This document shows positions 60,631-64,000 of a stretch of DNA of 64,000 bases, in pieces. A program made the translations under genes and the position numbers. Every line of letters begins with the position of its first letter. Positions within the stretch are counted from its first letter, which is position 1. Below the pieces are notes generated by a model. It saw only the letters and a program-made list of their open reading frames with translations. It was not told where the DNA came from and made no database searches. The stretch is from Oligoflexales bacterium (GTDB taxonomy: Bacteria > Bdellovibrionota_B > Oligoflexia > Oligoflexales > Bog-1112): NCBI GenBank assembly GCA_045105515.1, contig JBGCDR010000177.1:43590-107589 (forward strand), written 5' to 3'.

Positions 60631-61473
60631 ATGGGCACTTTAATGTCAAAATTAGTGATATCAGGTTTATTTCTGAGTATTGTAGCATGTGGAACTAAGG
60701 AAAAAATTGAGCAAAAAAAGCTAAGTAGCGACTATGGTAATGGTTCTACTGAATCAATGGACGCTACCAGTATTACCCTTGAAACTAGCGAAATCAGTGA
60801 AGATTCTTTTCAGGAGAAGGAGCAGGAAGGCGAAAATATCTTTACTGCTGAAATAATGAGTCAGGTAATTGGCCAAGGTTTAGAGGAAAATGGCCAAGCA
60901 GATCAAATCTCAAACCAAGTAGTAGAGATAAACGAAAATAACCCAGGTGAAGATGAGGAAAATTTAAATGTAGCCCAAGGAAAAGAAAATAATAATTCAG
61001 AAGAAACAGGGAATAATCTGGGCGATCAAGCTTATGAACAAGGTGAAGAAATCGCAGAAGAGACTGCTGAAGAAGCGTTTGATGAGGAAAAATACCTTGA
61101 AACAATGGCGCTTGCTCAGTCAGAAATGGGCACAAAGATAGATGCATTGATACCAAATGCACCGAGCTTTTTAAAGAATAAGTTGCAGAGCAATGCTGAA
61201 CAACTCCTTTATTGTGGCGATAATTGTGAGGATAAAGCACAAGATCTGATGATAACTTCTTATAGTGTTAGTAGGTTTCTTGATTCTCGTGGATATAATT
61301 TAGCAGCAACTGATATTAATGCAGCAATAGCAGCTGGGACTAAGCTGCTGAGTGATGTTGCTCTTATCATATTGGAAGCTAGTTCACCAGAACCTGATCC
61401 AATGGCTATTGTTATGTTAGTGGATCTATTTATTCAGGACTTACAAGAATTAATTTTATCATTCTTTCAATAA
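60631..61473 (+). CDS. hypothetical lipoprotein D with long acidic disordered linker
   Basis: Lipobox IVAC; E/N/Q-rich region; CGDNC; hydrophobic C-terminal helices. Confidence 0.7.
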   Translation: MGTLMSKLVISGLFLSIVACGTKEKIEQKKLSSDYGNGSTESMDATSITLETSEISEDSFQEKEQEGENIFTAEIMSQVIGQGLEENGQADQISNQVVEINENNPGEDEENLNVAQGKENNNSEETGNNLGDQAYEQGEEIAEETAEEAFDEEKYLETMALAQSEMGTKIDALIPNAPSFLKNKLQSNAEQLLYCGDNCEDKAQDLMITSYSVSRFLDSRGYNLAATDINAAIAAGTKLLSDVALIILEASSPEPDPMAIVMLVDLFIQDLQELILSFFQ

Positions 61474-61566
61474 GCTTCTTGCTAAAATTATAGAGGAAAA
61501 TAGCAAGTGAGATCCCTTTTTTGGGATTTTATTTATAAATTCGGATTATTTTATTAGATGGAAGAC

Positions 61567-62571
61567 TTACTTACGCGAGCGGTCTTTATTGCGAATGGAG
61601 GGAGGAATTTTTACCTGGATCTTATCTAACAGGGACTTAGTGGAGTAAAAATTCCATCTTCTATTGGGAATGATAGGAATATCAATAGGACGTTCCCCAT
61701 TTAATATTTTTATTGCAGTTTTTGCTGCGTATTCGCCTTGCTCGGTTGCAGTCTTTTCTATTGTGAACATGTTCAAATCCTTCATCCAACTCTCAGTAGT
61801 AGCAGTGATTTTTTTGATATGTTCCTTAACAAAAATTCTTGCCCGATGGTTATTCCAGTCTTTAATACCTTGATAATTGTGAAATATGACTATATCAGAT
61901 TTCTCTTGAACATTTTTAAAGTCAGACTTCCAGTCTGTGAAATTCGCGGGGGTGGCCAATCGAACAGATAAGTTATAGGGTTTATTTTCGGCCATTTTCA
62001 TAATATGCAGACACTGAGAAATATCTGAAGTTCTATTGCTTGTTACGCAAGCCAAGGACTTCGCTTTTCCTGAAATCTTTTTATAGTTGTAGTTAAAAAT
62101 TTTCAGGCTATTTTCCAACAAAGGTTTCAGTGGCAATACCTCAATCATCCCAGTTGCATTGGTATACGGGTAGCCGTACTCCTTTACGGACCAATTGACT
62201 CCGCAAAATACAAACTTTCTTTGGCTATTTCTAAAATATGGTGCTACAACATAGCGACTTGCATTATCGTCTATAGCAATAGTTACATCAGGCTTCCAAG
62301 TTTCAATCAACTTTTTTACTTCTTGAGCTTTATTATTGATGTCTTCAAGGTTTTTTTTTCTTATAGAGTCTAAATAGAATTCTTTAATAACACAAACCTG
62401 GTCTTTTTCAAGGGATTTTTTTGCTGTATCAACTATAATTTTGTTCCATTCATACTCGTAGTGATACGAAGATAAGAGTAGGCATTTTTTCGATTGCGAC
62501 CATCCGTTGGTAGGGGTGAATGCTATGTTCAATGTGAAGATAATTTTTATGTACCAGTTTTTAATTCGCAT
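61567..62571 (-). CDS. ABC-type substrate-binding / periplasmic sensor protein
   Basis: Signal peptide; SSYH...W, DDNA, FVFCGVN, NATGMIE, EQGEYAAK.A.KILNG..P.DIP. Confidence 0.75.
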   Translation of the reverse strand: MRIKNWYIKIIFTLNIAFTPTNGWSQSKKCLLLSSYHYEYEWNKIIVDTAKKSLEKDQVCVIKEFYLDSIRKKNLEDINNKAQEVKKLIETWKPDVTIAIDDNASRYVVAPYFRNSQRKFVFCGVNWSVKEYGYPYTNATGMIEVLPLKPLLENSLKIFNYNYKKISGKAKSLACVTSNRTSDISQCLHIMKMAENKPYNLSVRLATPANFTDWKSDFKNVQEKSDIVIFHNYQGIKDWNNHRARIFVKEHIKKITATTESWMKDLNMFTIEKTATEQGEYAAKTAIKILNGERPIDIPIIPNRRWNFYSTKSLLDKIQVKIPPSIRNKDRSRK

Positions 62572-63857
62572 GCTCGATCCAGTTTTTGATTGTGTAAAAC
62601 AAGAGATTTTGGCAAGTGGATTCGGAAATTGAATCTTCTCTTACCCTCGATTTTATCTCCAATAAATTCCATATCAATACGACCACCAAGTTCCTTAATA
62701 TTGTTGGCAACGGCATTCATTCCTATGCCTTTCCCGCTGATATTTGATAGCTGTTCTTTGGTTGAAAATCCACTTTGGAATATTGTCAAGGCTACTTCCT
62801 TGTCAGTTATTTCTTTAGCGTTTGTTCCTGACGGTTCAATTTTTTTTCTGATTCCATCGATGTTGATTCCATCGCCGTTGTCAGACAAAATAATCTCTAT
62901 AGCCTGCGAGCTAAACTCAATGTCTATGTTAATAGAACCATTTTCCTTGCTTCCTATTCCATGATCCACAGAGTTGCGAATCATGTGTCCTAGAAATGAA
63001 GTCACTGCCAAAAAGTCATTTTCCTTGAAATATACTTTTTCTGAGGCGTTAAAATATAGGGTTGGTACTTGATTTCCAAGTTCTTTTGCTGTCTGTGAAA
63101 CTATTGTTGAGACATAATCTTTTATTGATTTAGTTGAAGGATAAAGTTGATCGAGAAGGTCGCTTAGAAGAGCTTGGGATTGGTAATAAAGGCCCTTGTT
63201 ATCATGTGGAAACAAAGAGCAAATTTTAATCAACTGCTTGATCTTTTCATTGCTTAGGGTCGCTTCTGTTCCAGATTCCTTATCCCCAAAGACTCTCATA
63301 AAAACATTCTTATAACATTCATACTGCCGCAGATACAAAGAGCATTCTTCAGTGTTTGATATTTTTTCTAGGGTTAATTCATCACTAATTTGATTTGCAC
63401 TTTCTAAATTGTGTACCGCATGGGATAAGAGGTTGAAGCCAAAGGTCCTGGCATTTCCCTTAATGGTATGGGTGATTCTAAAGAACCTCAATACTGAATC
63501 TTTTTCTTTTTCTTTTTCTTTTTCTAGTGAACTTTCTGCAATAATTTCGATTAACGAATTTGTTAAATCAGTTATACTATCGAAATACTTCTTCGCCTTC
63601 TTTTTCTCAAGGTTTGTAATTTCTATGATAATATCATTCATCGCCTGATTTTCGCTTAATTTTTTACGCAGCTGTTCTTTTTCTTTAATATCTTCCATAA
63701 TAATCATGACTTTTTCAATCACCTCATCATCATTAGTCAGAGGAAACCAGTCGAATGAATATAATCTCTCGTTGCCATTTATGTTAAGCTCAGACCTGGA
63801 GGGAATCAACCCCTCGTTGATTTCCCAATTGATAATATCCTGGCATCTAGGACCTAA
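62547..63857 (-). pseudogene. Hpt-HATPase (CheA-like, no CheW domain) kinase with an apparently disrupted 5' end
   Basis: Hpt 'FRITHTIKGNAR', 'HMIRNSVDHG', DNGDG, GFST...SGKGIGM; in-frame TGA at 63858-63860 just upstream of coding-like 'DIINWEINEGLIP'; no RBS-supported start. Confidence 0.55.
63501..63524. repeat. (TTTTTC)4 hexanucleotide tandem repeat encoding EKEKEKEK
   Basis: Seen directly in the Hpt region; in frame. Confidence 0.6.
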
Positions 63858-64000
63858 TCAGTAGAAAGATCCTCTAAAATTGATTTATGACAGAGTTTCC
63901 GATGATTTTAATTATGTAAAAAAAATCACGGCGGTGTCGGTGTCTATATTTACCGCCAACACAATGCCGATCTTTAGATAAAGGGAATTTAATCCGGAAA

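Noticed and set aside
63858..63860. TGA read-through (Sec or alternative genetic code)
   Set aside because: Many genes in the window end in TGA normally, and the upstream frame is not clearly coding

Overview
Gene-dense, AT-rich bacterial chromosomal window. Its content (FHA-GGDEF DgcB-like cyclase, AgmX/PglI-type protein, short flagellin, many orphan lipoproteins, CHASE2 and Hpt-HATPase kinases) suggests Bdellovibrionota/Oligoflexia; this is an inference. The housekeeping backbone is acs, pdhABC, fabF, an LptF/G permease, a yitJ-like gene, trmL, hisC, proC, nadK, a PpiD/SurA-like gene and mreB-mreC-(mreD)-mrdA-rodA-purC. I found no rRNA, tRNA, CRISPR array, transposase or integrase. Best leads: (1) a block of five orphan lipoproteins at 55.4-61.5 kb, including two apparent paralogues behind a near-perfect sigma28 promoter and a divergent EarP-like GT-B glycosyltransferase with a lipoprotein signal; (2) a ~1270-aa exported protein with an atypical kinase-like core, converging on an exported permuted papain-like (NlpC/P60) protein at 24-29.3 kb; (3) an orphan HNH/EndoVII-like nuclease; (4) a DgcB-like cyclase that keeps the N-terminal Thr tail; (5) an lptF-like gene that appears to start at a non-canonical ATT. 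All family calls come from motif recognition by eye, not database searches.
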